A stretch of 64,000 bases of DNA from Octopus sinensis (lineage: Eukaryota): assembly GCF_006345805.1 (NCBI RefSeq), contig NC_042999.1, positions 143,778,001 to 143,842,000 of the forward strand. The letters run 5' to 3'. Below, piece by piece: positions 11,391 through 24,628 of the stretch. The stretch's first letter is position 1; each line of letters starts with the position of its first letter. A program made the position numbers and the translations under genes. The notes under the pieces are model-generated. The model did not search any database, had not been told where the DNA came from, and saw only the letters and a program-made list of their open reading frames with translations.

Positions 11391-11970
11391 ATTTTCATCA
11401 AAACAATGATATAATTTGTCCACTTGGAACTTATTGCAAAGCTGCATGTTAAACAACATTTTTTGTCTTCACATTCAGGGGTCATTACAATTTCTTTGTT
11501 CTGTCTAACATCTTTCTTTCTCTCTCTCTCCCTCTCTCTCTCTCTTCTGTAGATTGTTTACAACCATCACCATCATCAATACCTCCACTATTGCCACCAC
11601 CACTGCCATACACAAACTATTCAGACTTTTGACGCCACAACCATCAATATCTTTGACTTCGACACTTTCTACTCCAACACCATCACCACTCTCTTTCACA
11701 TCACTTGCTATCACCATTGTCCCTGACTGCTTCACCTACCACTACCACCACCATCATCACCATCGCCTCCGCCTCTATCACAACTACAACTCATACTATT
11801 ACTATCATCTCATTACCATTACAACCGTCAATCTATTACTGTCTCTATGCCTACTATTACTCTCACCCCAAAATGAGTAATAGTAGGAGTATCAATGAGT
11901 GAGTGAGAAAGGGAGTAGAAGTGTGACACACTGACACACAGAAATTAGTTTTCGCATTTACTATATTATG

Positions 11971-12059
<89 letters not shown>

Positions 12060-12074
12060 ATCGCTAGCCACTAC

Positions 12075-12233
12075 ACATTCTTTATTTTCTCTCCCTGTTT
12101 CATTCTGTGTTCCTTTCTGTGGAAGAGCGTGGGCTCGAAACGTTAAAGACTTTTTCCTTTCCCGAGCGTTAAGCTAATAGTTATGTTTGTTGTCTACACC
12201 ACCTGTCTGCGTCTTTTGTTTTTTGTGAATTCT

Positions 12234-12238
<5 letters not shown>
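12075..12238 (+). mobile_element. Solo Penelope-like pseudo-LTR with a hammerhead-like motif
   Basis: CTTT-CTGTGGA-A-GAGC-GTGG-GCTC-GAAAC-GT-T-AAAG at 12113-12148, with microsatellites on both sides. Confidence 0.6.
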
Positions 12239-12271
<33 letters not shown>

Positions 12272-12275
<4 letters not shown>

Positions 12276-13660
12276 GTTGAATAAAATTACATGGTCTGGT
12301 TTTCACGTTTTTTATTATTGCATTTAAAATTATTTTTTACAATGTTGAAGTGTGTTACACATTAAGAAATATTTTGTAGTGTTCATAAAGTTCAGTTAGC
12401 GCTTTCATACGTTCGTAGTAATCATCAGATTTTAAAATATATTGACTGACAGTTGAATTGAGTGCTGGGCAACTGTAGTAAAATGACTTTTTCCTTTTTA
12501 TATCCTTTAGAGGTTCCGACAACCTGAATTCTTCGAATACGGTTTTCACCAATCAGCATGGAACTTAAACGTCACGGTTTGCCAGGTGCACCGATATTAC
12601 TGGCATAGATACCCCCTTTATTTTAACCAATTAGCTTGCGGTTTACCTGTAATGCTTTTATGAGTGAGCGAACTTAAATAGTTTCGCTCGTTTTTATTTC
12701 AATTGGTGGGACTCCTCTGTAATTTGTTAGAGATATTTTTTAATCCACATCATTAACTGATTGTTATTGTTGTTATTTCCGTTCAGAACAGGTTTGAACA
12801 TTTTAATGAAACGGTTTTCTTTTATCTTTCTTCCAATTTCACTTGTGTCATGCAGTTTATGGAAAGGAAAATTTAGAAACATTTTCTGACCACATGTTTC
12901 TATATGTCCGCTCAATGGAATTTGACTAACATTGGTGTACCGGATTTGTTGTCTGTGTACTTGTTGTGGTTTCGGAAATGCATTCCTTGTTTCACCAATG
13001 CATAGTTCCTCGCAATTCGGGCATTTAATGCAGTAGATAAAATTTCTGATTTTGCAGTTCATACCTGCATTTTTGAAAATCTGTCCATTTTTTGCGCTAA
13101 TGGATCTACCAGTATGTATGTATTGATACGTCCCACATCTGTTATCATTACATCTGGATACTGTGAATGCTTTATTCTGTTTCTTCATGTTGAATTTTGC
13201 TTTTGTATATAGTTTTTTTAGGTTATGTGGTTGCCTTTTGCTTAAGATAAGTATTTAATTAGTTATTATGTTTTTTTAATTTTTCAGTTTGTTTCATGAT
13301 TAGCAAATTTGTTTTGGTGATGCGGATTGTGTGATCCTAAAATTGGTATTGCGTTCCGTTGTTGGATTCGTCTCTCTCGTGTTGCTCCTTAGTTGTTCTA
13401 TAGATATCTGTTTTGCTCGTTGTATGCTATTTTCTATAAGTGAGAGAGGGTATTTTTGCTTGAGCAGAAATCCTCTAAGTTCTATAAGCCGTATGTTACG
13501 GGATATTGTGTTTTGTGTAGGTATGAAAAAGGAAAAACTTAGTCATTTTACTACAGTTGTCAAGCACTCAACTCAACTGTCAGTCAATACATTGTGAAAT
13601 CTGATGATTACTATGAACGTATGAAAGGGCAGAACACAGTGAACTTCTCATGAAATTTCA
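12272..13660 (-). mobile_element. Penelope-like element fragment (GIY-YIG endonuclease, 3' pseudo-LTR, inverted partial repeat at the 5' end)
   Basis: ORF 12727..13188 contains NFIYCIKCPNCEELCIGETRN with an upstream Cys-rich CNDNRC motif. A ~100-bp inverted repeat links 12402-12499 and 13526-13627, each copy containing CTGATGA-N15-GAAA. Confidence 0.8.
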
Positions 13661-13900
13661 AATTATTTCAGGGCATGAGTACAACCAACAGAGGCAATTT
13701 ACAGACATATTTCACCCAATTTTACCATTATTGCACATCATAGATCAGGCTTTACTGGAACTACAATTGTGCTGAACAACACATCACATCATATGTTATG
13801 CTTCAGAGACTTCTTCACCCTAACAGAGGACGGAGACAACTCAACTACATTGATATTATTGGTAAAGACATATAACATGAAACTGAGGATCTACCAAAAA
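13660..13900 (+). mobile_element. Very degraded RTE-like LINE 3' remnant
   Basis: One frame reads GRRQLNYIDIIGKD, resembling RTE ORF2 C-termini. Confidence 0.35.
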
Positions 13901-14594
13901 TAATTGAAAAGGGAGATTTCTGGCGCAGAATTATGTGTTTTTTCTCTTTTGGTCGCAGCCGTTTGAGGACATATGTAGTCTAGTTTATTTAATCTATAGT
14001 TTACGCTCGTTGGCACCCGTTGCAAGTGTGTCTTGAGCTCTCTGGTGTACTTTTTATGAATATAAATAGAAAAGTGAAATAGTAAGGCACTTCCCCTTTT
14101 GTCGCCAGTTTCTTTCTGGTTTAATTTCTTTTCTCAACACGAACATTTTCAGTGTCTTGTAAGATTTTTGTTGTTGAGAAGATAATTCCTCGTAAAATAT
14201 ACTTGATTTCTCTTTCTCAAACTGAACATGACAATCTAATTATTTTATGTCTTTTTTACAATATGGCGTCGACTACCTACGACACGTTTCTTTTACTCTA
14301 CAGCGAAATTGATTCAAATACACGTAAATAATTTGGCTTGAGCAGTAACGTTAACAGAACATATAAATGGTAATTAAAGCCACACTATATTCCAATAATA
14401 CGTTATTGTAATATTTTACTCACGTTTTCCTGCCATAATACCTAATTTCAAGTAAACACCTAAATTTAGTCAATTTACGAAAGACTGCGTTGGGTAAAGA
14501 AGGAAAAAAACAAAGCAATAGGTGATAGGCTCATACAACATCCATACATATATCATTCTTACATATAGACACAATCATATATATATATATATGT

Positions 14595-14596
<2 letters not shown>

Positions 14597-14651
<55 letters not shown>

Positions 14652-14676
14652 CTGACAGACAGACAGACAGACAGAC

Positions 14677-14739
<63 letters not shown>

Positions 14740-14790
14740 TAGATATATAGATATATAGATAGATAAATAGATAGATAGATAGATAGATAT
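14597..14790. repeat. (GATA)n/(GACA)n microsatellite
   Basis: Direct. Confidence 0.97.
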
Positions 14791-16699
14791 ACACACTCGT
14801 GCATAGGTACACATATATGCATATACACACAAAAACATACATACATGCATACACATACATATCTATGAATATATCCATATATACACTATTTTCATATCAT
14901 TATATATGTGTATATAGAGATAGATAGAGAGAGAGAGGGAAAGAGAAATAGATAGATATATACATACATAAATATGGATATATATGCAGATACAGACACA
15001 TATATGCGTGTGTGTGTGTGTGTACTTTGGTTTGACTCATTACGACGAAATTAGGCTGAAGATTAGTCTCCAAATTCGCAGATACTAATATGAAATCATG
15101 GTACAACATAACGATATACACGCAGTCAGACAGACACACGCCAAACACATACTCACACTCATATTCACACATTCACACACACACAAATACATACATTCAC
15201 TTTTACTTGCACATACATCAGAATAAAAATAAATAAAATATTTTCTTTTCTTCCATTCCTATTGATGCACATCCTGCTTAAATGCTTTGTAAATTCTAAG
15301 TCAATAATTTAATCAATTTTCAGCTAAATATTAAAAATGATCAAACTTAATTTATAAAGATACATTTGCTTTATTGTAGTAATGAAACTTTTACATGATA
15401 GTTATTTGTTAAAAATCTACCTTATAATTTGTTGAGAAGAACATTTATTGCAAAAAGAGTTACGTTTGTTTTTTAGTTAATCGCTACACTCTTTCATTTA
15501 TTTCCCCCTAACGCTTCGAAAGTTAATTTCTTTCTATAATCATGCTAGAATTGTTTTGCGCTTTTGACTTTCAAAAATGGCAAAACAGAAACAAAATGAG
15601 GAAGAAGAGAATCTTCACCTTTTTCTTCATACTGGATAATTGCAGTCGGCCACATAAAAGGAGGAGCTCTGAAAAGCTATGGATTTCATAGACCAAGAGC
15701 ATAAATGCAAAGGAAAAGCTGAACAAACAATTTTATCCGCTCGACCGTTTAGATCAACAATATACGAACATTATGGAAACATTAGCTACACCAATGAAAA
15801 GCTGTTATATAGTAGAGAAAGTTGCTTATTTATCAGTTCTAAAAGAAAGGAATTATGAAAGGCGGCTTATTAATCAGTTCTAATAGAAAGGAATTATGAA
15901 AGGCTAGACTGTCTGGAAAATTTTTTATAAATTCCAGTCTTATATAGGATTTTAATTTTTTCTATTAAAACGCAGTTTTGAAACATCTTTTATTATTGAA
16001 TATTTCAATTATATGCTTCTGCCACAAATGTCCTTTAATGCAATATTTCAGTTTACTGCGGAGTAGCGTCTTTGAACCTCTGTTTGTACTTTTGGAAAAT
16101 ATACACTTTGCCTAAATATTTGCAGCGTTATTTTCTACAAATTTTAGGTTTGATCCAGCGTCAACACAATTACATTAGTTCCAGTATCTTTTCATATTTG
16201 TTCGGTTTGTTGAAGAAATAGAAAGATGAATAGGAAAACTGGTTTTAATTTACTTATGTCGATTGGGCATAACAACAGAAATGTATATTTTTAATGAAAT
16301 TTTCTACAAATACCTTTCAGATGGTATAGATTACGGTTACATCTGCATTTAATGTGAAAAGGAAATGGGAAGGAGATATTTCACGCATATTAACTTCGTT
16401 TTTCTCATATATTTTGATGATTTCATTACAATTATGTTTAAAAATTACTTTTGAGAACTATTTCACCTTTTTCCGAAAATTCTCTAAAAGAAATCGTTGC
16501 AGAAAGGTGAGTACAATGCTAGCACGGATTATTTAATACGTATTCCTTTCACCATTTTATCGCAGTCTTTGAGATATTCTCTTTTAAACAAGCTCAAAAG
16601 TGATCCGTCCTCTACGAGGTAGTTTAGTATGCTAGAAATAACAGGCCCTGATATGGGTCTCAAAAGTAATTTTTTCAGCATGATTGAATTAAATCAACG

Positions 16700-19600
16700 A
16701 AATACAAGGAAACAAAGTCGAAATGCATGAAACATTTTGCTAGCTTACAACAGGCAGTTGTCTTGAACAACAAAGCCAATGCAATAAAGACGCCGAGAAT
16801 GCTAACATCACTCCGCTCCCTAGCACTAATGATATGGATGATAATATGTATAAAAGAATCGAGAAAGAAAATATAAACGAAAGAAATGTATAAACAAGGA
16901 CAGCAAAGGAGTCAGTGCTTCTAAGATAAGAAAGAAAAACAATCTTGTTGATAAAAAATCAAATCACCACCATGGAGTAAAGGCCAAGTAGCCATAAAAA
17001 GTTTACAGGACATATGACAGTTATCTAATGGACTATTAAAAAAGTGCCTACAAACACGAAGAAATTGGGATGAAGTGACGTTACTCTCATCTCAGACCTT
17101 GTCAGAGGCATATCCAAAACAAACTCCAGATGGGGATCAACTTACAAAAACACTTCTCTTAAGAGTCTCCAATGATTTCGAAAGTATCAACAACAGAATG
17201 TGTTTGAATGACATATGCACATAAACCTGCTTGAAGGAGATACAGTGCACGCTACTATCTCATAGCAAAAGAGAATATGTAAAAGTAGAACAAATTTCTA
17301 TAGTAGAGCAACAGAAAATCTTTTTGGCAGTTGACGTAAAAGTAGAACAAATTTCTGTAGTAGAGCAACACAAAATAAACTTGGCAGTTGACGTAGCTGC
17401 AAGATTCTCAGAGGCAAAGCGACTCACACCAATATATAAGATTATCACATAAAATTCAGAATAACTACTACATAACATGCCATCTTTTTTGATAGAAAAT
17501 AGTAAGTCATGGTGGAGCTGCATGTGCATTGATGGTGACGTACACATAATATTGTTATCATACTCAAACTCTGATTCACCAGTTGCGCAACTCAAAGGAA
17601 TTATCGTGGAGATATGTACAATATTGTTTTGTTGATATTTTAAATCATTTGTATTTAAGCCTTGAAAGGATGAAAGAGGTACTAAACATTTTGAATGAAT
17701 ATACGAATGTTGAAATTGTGTTGCTCTATGTTAATCCTAATGAGTTAGACTGGTAAAGTATTTCCGTTGAAACTATCCCTCTATTTTGTATATCTGGGAC
17801 TATAACGACCAATGAATCCTTCATTTTTCAAGATGGTGAAATATGATTTAAGGTTTCTTCGTTGGCTCGTCCATACAACTGATTCACACATAGCTTATAT
17901 AAATTTGTTTGAGACAACCGAAATTAGCTCAGAACTTCACAAAAAGTACTCAACTTTAATTTCACAAGAAATCAATGTAAAAAGAGAATTTCAAGTCAAA
18001 ATAGCTCCGCTATTTCTACATAAGACAATGTCTTTAAAATGATGCAATTCATTTCAATAATGCAAATTATATGCATTAAATATGTTGTAGGAGAATACCA
18101 ATGTTCATAAAAATAATATGCACAAGGATTTAAAAATACTATGAGACGAAGAATACCAGTTTTAAATCGCTTAAATTGGTAAAACCATAAATTGACACGA
18201 AAATATTGCACATAAGGACGATACCTGTAGAAACTGAGAATAAGATAAGATTCTTCCGTGAGAATGGGAAAACAGTAAAAGGAACCAAAGCTTATGAAAA
18301 TATACAAACTAATCTTAAAGTAGTGTATAAACTGAAAAATGAAACGGCTTCAACGCATTGTAAAAGATGTTAATTAAAGTAATATGTAATTTATTACAAC
18401 CTGCGAAAGATAAAATGCTAAACGACCAATTTAAAACTATTTTTACGACCTTTCATATGTATATGCAAAGAGATAGACCAAGCGAGGTCTACATATCGAC
18501 ACATTATATAGCGAAGTAGCAAAAATTTTCTTTTACGTCGATGTAAAAAAATATATAATATATTTATCACAGATAAAAGAAGCCTGAACTACACAAGAGG
18601 ACCTGAAAAATTCCCGATAACCACCTAGAATCTTGCAAAATAATTTGGCTAAACTACTTCAGCGATTTTTCCTAGCCCTCCTTTTGAAGTTGTAAGCTCT
18701 TAACAGAAAATTAAATACACATACGGTCTAAAAACGGAAACATTGCAGATGCTAAAAATAACAGACCTATTTTTATGAATTCATTATCAGTAAGGATATG
18801 GAACAAATTATCAAGGAGAAGCCGATTACTTATTGAAATGCAGCGCAGTTTCCTTTGAAGCAGGAGCATTTACATAATTTCTACTTCATTATGTTTTCAT
18901 TTTGAAACATGTGCTAAATGAGTCAAGCATAACTGTGTACATACTGGGATTTACGAAGGCTTTCAGCGAAGATAATGCACGTTATATCAGAAGCTACGTG
19001 ATCTCAACATAACTGGACAACTAGGCGTGACCGTATGGCGATTTAAACGACATAATTCATGATGCGAACAGCGCACTTTAAAAGATATCAATTTTAATTG
19101 GAATGCACACCCAAGCAACTATTTTGGGATCTTATGTCATTACTGTGTTTAAGAGGTCTCTGATATCCAAGTTATAAGAAGAGCTACAGTCACTATCTAT
19201 GATAAAAATTCTAAAATATCAACACTAATAAAAATCAGGATGGTTTTAAGAGACACTTCAGTGCCATACATGAAGCAATTGGTGAAAACAACGGGAAATT
19301 CAATACTAAACATTCTCAGCATTCTCCATTATCAGTAATCTAATAGACTATTGTCTTCATAATCTGTATTTCAAAATTAAACCTGAGATTGACCTTGGAA
19401 TTATAACGATCAATGGCGCATAGTTGCCTGTGCATATACTGGTAGCAACATGCAGCTCCCTGACAGAATGGATTTAGTAAACACTTGACAAGAAAGTAAA
19501 TCAAGTTGATCCTGTGGAATATATATTCCAAGTCGTCTGGATTGTTATTCCTTACGGTTCCCTCATAATGTCAGTGATCCTACTCCAGAAGGATTGTTTT

Positions 19601-19900
19601 GTGCACCAGATGAAATTCTGGGAAAGAGTGAATGCATTAATACTCCCTGAAAGGAAGAAGTAAACCATTTTTACATCTGAAATATCTCGGAAAGACTAGC
19701 TGCAAACTTTGGATTTGAACGCTTATAAAAAGCTTAAATTGGGCCTTACTGCATGTTTAATCGTCTTCATCCTGATCAAGGACAAGATAATGTGATAAAT
19801 TTGGGTTTGCAGAACTACCGTTCTTCAATATCCAACAAAATAAAGAACATGCCTCGAGTAGCTGTTAAAAACAAAATTAAAAATCCATTTTACCATTCTT
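16700..19900 (+). mobile_element. Ancient, heavily mutated CR1/L2-group LINE related to the 1.6-7.0 kb element
   Basis: Collinear remnants: K*RYSHLRPCQRH (~17050-17120), SHGGAA...LLSYSNSD (~17500-17570), QKLRDLNITGQLG (~18990), DLGII (~19390), FWERVN...NFGF (~19615-19720). Boundaries are approximate. Confidence 0.7.
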
Positions 19901-20086
19901 CTGTAATACCGGGTGAAACTGCATCATTACAAGAGGTGTAAATTTACGACAATGATGTCAAACCCTTACTATCCTTATATAATGCACACACACACACACA
20001 CATGTACACACACACACAGCTGCAGCAGCAGCAGTATCAGTGTTAAGCAGTGATTAAAAGTAAACGAACTTTAGGTTAGTTAAAAT

Positions 20087-23000
20087 CACTTTGATCACTT
20101 TGACCGACCAGTCCGTCAGGCGTCCATTTGACACCGCTGGTCACAGCACGCTGTCCACTCCTCTCTGGATCGCGCCTTTCTCATCCACGTGATCCCAATC
20201 GTCCTCTTGAAATCGTAATTCCACCGTCGTGGAGGTCTTCCGGGTGGTCTTTTCCGCTCACGCGGGTACCACTCGACAACTGCGTGCGCCCACCGATTAT
20301 AGGTGAGCCGGGCGACGTGTCCAGCCCATCTATACTTGCTGCGTGTATACTCTGCGATGACATCTCTCACGCCGGAATTATTTCTGATGATCTTGCTACT
20401 TATGTGCTCTCTCAACGAGATACCAAGCATTGACCTTTCCATGGCTCTTTGAGCCGTTACTAGTCTTTGCTCTTCTCTCTTTGTGGTAGCCCATGTTTCA
20501 CTACCATATAACATTGCAGGCAGAACTGCACTGCTAATGAGGTTGGCGCGGGTGGTCCTGTCCAACCTTCTCTTGAGCACATCCCTTATGCCATTGAACG
20601 CCTTCCATCCGGCCCTTACTCTCCGTGAGATCTCCTTTTTGATATCTCGGCACATATTTACTTCCTGTCCCAGGTAGACATATTCTCTCACCTCCTCTAT
20701 TTCATCACTGCCGATCACCATTCGACCTGTTGGTACATTGTCTGACTGCATGAACTTTGTTTTCATGCGGTTCATCTTGAGACCTACTGCAGAACTTTTG
20801 ATGTCGAGCTCCGCCAGCATGGTCTGAAGCTGATCCATGTTTTCAGCGATGAGTACGATGTCGTCAGCGAAACGGAGGTGAGTGAGGAGCTCGCCATTGA
20901 TGTTGACACCACCTTGCCATTCGATGCCTCGAGACATGCAGTGAAAAGTTTTGGGGAGATTGTATCTCTTTGCTTCACTCCCTTCTCGACCGGCACTCCT
21001 ATGGGTGATGACAGTAGAGTTATGTCGATGGTGCATCCAGAATTTGCCTCTCTGAGCAGCTGCACATATTTCGCTTCGATTCCTTGCCTCTGCAGCGAGT
21101 TCAGCACTGCGTTGGTTTCGACGCTATCGAAGGCCTTCTCATAATCTATAAACGCAACACAAAGAGGCAGCTTGTACTCATTTGCTCGCTCAAGCAGTTG
21201 CATTAGAGCAAATATATGGTCCATTGTGCTGTAGTTCTTCCGGAAGCCTGCTTGCTCCCTCGGTTGTTGTTCGTCGAGACGACGTGACAACCTGTTCAGA
21301 ATTATCTTCGTGAACAGCTTGTACACGTGAGACAGCAGGCATATGGGTCGGTAGTTCTTTAGATCTTCTCTGTCACCCTTCTTATACAGCAGGATGGTAT
21401 TTGACTCTTTCCACTGCGAGGGAATTTTTCCCTCGTCTAGATAGTGCGTAAATCGCTCAGCGAGGATTTTCCAGAGCTGCTCTCTGCCTGACTTTAGCAC
21501 CTCCGATGTTATACCGTCTTTCCCTGGAGCCTTTCCGTTTTTCATCGAGCCGATGGCTCTTTCAACCTCACTGACAAGGATAGGTGGCACGTTTTCTTCC
21601 TGTTGGAGTGGTGGTAACGGCTGGATATTTCTGGTAGACTTAAAGAGCTTGGTGTAGAAGTCTTCACAAACTTTTTCCATCTCGCTCTTCTTGTTGACCG
21701 GTATTCCATCTGTATTTTTCAGGGCCGTCACCTCCGATCTATATAGTACCATGTCCCTCTTGCATTTCTTGAGCCTCTTCTTTTCCTCTGCGGCCTTCAA
21801 GAGCTTCTCCATCCGGTATGCCTCAAAGTCTTTCTTTAGTTGCTGACGAATCACTCTGCTGAGAATGGAATATTCAAGGTGATCTTCAATAGCCCTCTTC
21901 ATATTTTTCCTCTTCTCGAGTAACTTCGTAGTTTCTTCCGAGATTCTTCCCTTCTTTTCTCTTGGGCATACACCCTTAGCCTTCTTTAAACACTCCTTCA
22001 GTTTCCCTATCAGTGAGTTATAGTCATCGTCTATGTCGTCTCCTTGGCACCAGTCTTCCTGCATGATGGCTTCCTGCAGCTTTGCCTCGTTGTAGACTCG
22101 GACACGTTTTCCCTTCGACGCCAAATATAACGCCATCTTCTCCCTCTTCTCGTCGATGACGACCCTCGCCCTTACCAGACGATGATCGCTGCCGGTGTTG
22201 AATGGCGTCACGACGGAGACTTCATGCAATATGCGTCGCTTATCAACCAGGATGTAGTCGATCTCGCTTCGGCGATATCCAAGTCCATCTCTTCCTCTCC
22301 CTCTTCCTGAATAGGCTGTTTCCGATGTAGAGCTGCCTCGCCTCTGCCATGGTAGCCAAACGTTCTCCTCTCTCGTTTCTCTCTCTCATGCCAAATCTCC
22401 CGACGTACTCCTCTCCTTGTCGTCCATGTCCAACCTTTGCGTTGAAGTCTCCCATCACGACAGTGTAAGTGGACTTCATAGCCAGCCCTTTGTCTAGTTG
22501 TCGATAGAATTCTTCCACCTCGTCGTCGTCGCTGGCGCTTGTGGGAGCATAGGTCTGGACAATCTTGAGGGTGGCCTTCCCTGAGAGGTTCACATTTAGT
22601 ACAACAATCCGTGATGATATGAAGTGGCAAGAAGCGACCCTCGAAGCCCATTCCTTACTTACGATGAATCCGATACCTCCGACCGATCTAGTACCTTCTG
22701 CTCTTCCTAATCTCACAATACATCCATCTTGCCATCGTATACTCGCTTCCTTCTTCCAGCGCGTCTCGCACAGCCCTAACACGTTGCACCTGATCTTCTT
22801 CCTCTCCTCCATTAGGTGGTTCAGTTCTTGCCACCCTGCCATAGACCTGCAGTTGTAGGTGCATATGGCAAGTTTAGTCCTGTTCCATGACGGCTTTCGG
22901 GAACCTGTGATTCTTAGCAGCCTCTCGTCGCTCGAGTTGCACTCCGCCGTCATGGAGTGGCCCGATTGACGTGCAGGGTACTGAGGCCCTTTTCCCTTTC

Positions 23001-23269
23001 TCTTCGTTCTTCGTGCTGTTTTAGCCATAAGATGACGCCATCCCACCAGCTGGGCGGGCAGGCCGGTATTTTGTTGGATGGCCGTTGACTCTTCAGGAGT
23101 TCATCCGCCCTTTGTTGGGTCTTATTTTTCCATCCCACAGGGAGTCCAACAGCACGCTCCTCACCAAGCGAACCTGGTGGGGTTGTCAGTTTAGTCGCCG
23201 ACGTCCCGACCATGCAACAGGTGTATTGGATTACATGTTACCAGTAGCACTCTAGAGCGACCTGACATA
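20087..23269 (-). mobile_element. Full-length RTE-clade LINE with a 14-bp TSD
   Basis: TSD AGGTTAGTTAAAAT at 20073-20086 and 23270-23283, and a (CAAAGTGAT)n tail. APE motifs: CTYNCRS, LGLCETRW, MGDFNAK, GSDHRL. RT motifs: DYEKAFD, LRFADDIV, YLGQ. Confidence 0.96.
20116..23046 (-). pseudogene. RTE ORF2 (APE-RT) broken by two frameshifts
   Basis: ORF pieces 22243..23046, 20784..22229 and 20116..21036. Breaks fall at about 22270 and 20930. The RT motif reads QRD instead of the usual QGD. Confidence 0.9.
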
Positions 23270-23716
23270 AGGTTAGTTAAAATATGTTTATAAAATGTTT
23301 GTAAAATATGTTTGCTAAAATATGTTTGCAAAATATGCTTGTTAAAATATGTTTCTAAATGACGACAACGATGTCAAACCCTCACATACCTTGAATAACG
23401 CACACAACGCAGGTCACAAAGACATTCATGGCATTGCTTCACAACTAGCTGAAGCCAGTAGACAGGTCACGCACACCACACATACACATAGTAACATCAG
23501 TGTTAAACAATGATTAAAGCTAAACGAATTTTAGGTTAGTTAAAATATGTTTGTAAAATATGATTGTTGAAATATGCTTGTAAATGACGGCAACGATGTC
23601 AAACTCTCACATTCCCTGAGTAGCGCACACGTCGAAGGTCACAAAAACATTCATGACACTGCTTCACAACTAGCTGAAGCCAGTCGACAGGTCAACACGC
23701 GCATGTGCGAACGCAA

Positions 23717-23768
<52 letters not shown>

Positions 23769-24439
23769 GCACACAGCAGCAGCATCAGTGTGGAACTGTG
23801 ATTAGAAATAAACGAACTGTAGGTTAGTTAAAATATGTTTGAAAACCTATTTTACATTCTAAAGGCTATTTCAATGCAGCTATCGTGGAGAAAGAAATTC
23901 TCTCTTATCGTAAAAGGTGTAAAAACACCGTATCTGCTCAATGCTTCCCCCTATCAGATTCCCAGATGTAGGCTTCTGGCTTTTAGGCCTTCCTGAATAG
24001 ACCGAAGAGAGATAATCTTGGGCAAATTCGAAGCCGCAGCTTTAACTAATAAACAATCATCATCAGTGACTGAGACGTGCTGTTGGACCGCTGGGTCGGG
24101 ATAAATACAGAAACATCAGCGACAAACAGTGATTACGAATAAACCTTGGCGTTGATGCTACTATATTTATCTGGACTGCATGTTTCTCCACGGTAACTGC
24201 ATTGGATTTGCCTTTGGAAGGTAAAATAGGTTACAAACATCTTAATTTAATAATCGCAATGGAAATTAAATTTTATGTAGCTCATCGTCTTTCTCGTAAA
24301 ATTTTACACGAGAACGCATACTTTGTTTTTATGTATCTTCTATTCCCTTTCGTCCTATAGATGTACGGGCACACAGACATACAGACGTTGAACTTTACTA
24401 TATAGATGTATGTATTTATGTGCGCGTTTGTGTTTGTCC

Positions 24440-24628
24440 CCACCGCCCGCGCCATCGCTTGACAAATGATGCTGGTGTGTTTATAACCTAGGGGTTCAGG
24501 AAAAGAGACCGATAGTATAAGTACTAGGCTTACAAAGAATAAGTCCTGGGGTCGATTTATTCGATTAAAACCCACCAAAGCGGTACTCCAGCATGGTCGC
24601 AGTCAAATGACTGAAACAAGTAAAAGAA
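24440..24628 (+). mobile_element. SINE 3' half with a CR1-like terminal stem-loop
   Basis: Ends ...GCGGTACTCCAGCATGGTCGCAGTCAAATGACTGAAACAAGTAAAAG, similar to the LINE 3' UTR at 1674-1711. Confidence 0.82.

Larger units (their letters stand above)
19939..23845. repeat. ~225-bp tandem repeat (three units); the first unit is split by the RTE insertion
   Basis: TAAAT..ACGACAA.GATGTCAAAC starts at 19939, 23356 and 23581. Units end in TAAACGAA..TTAGGTTAGTTAAAATATGTTT. Confidence 0.8.

Noticed and set aside
15575-15900. Short protein-like frames and a ~43-bp tandem duplication
   Set aside because: No motif allowed assignment to a gene or transposase.
23410-23700. Several AGGTCA nuclear-receptor half-sites
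   Set aside because: They are explained by tandem duplication and lack canonical DR/IR spacing.
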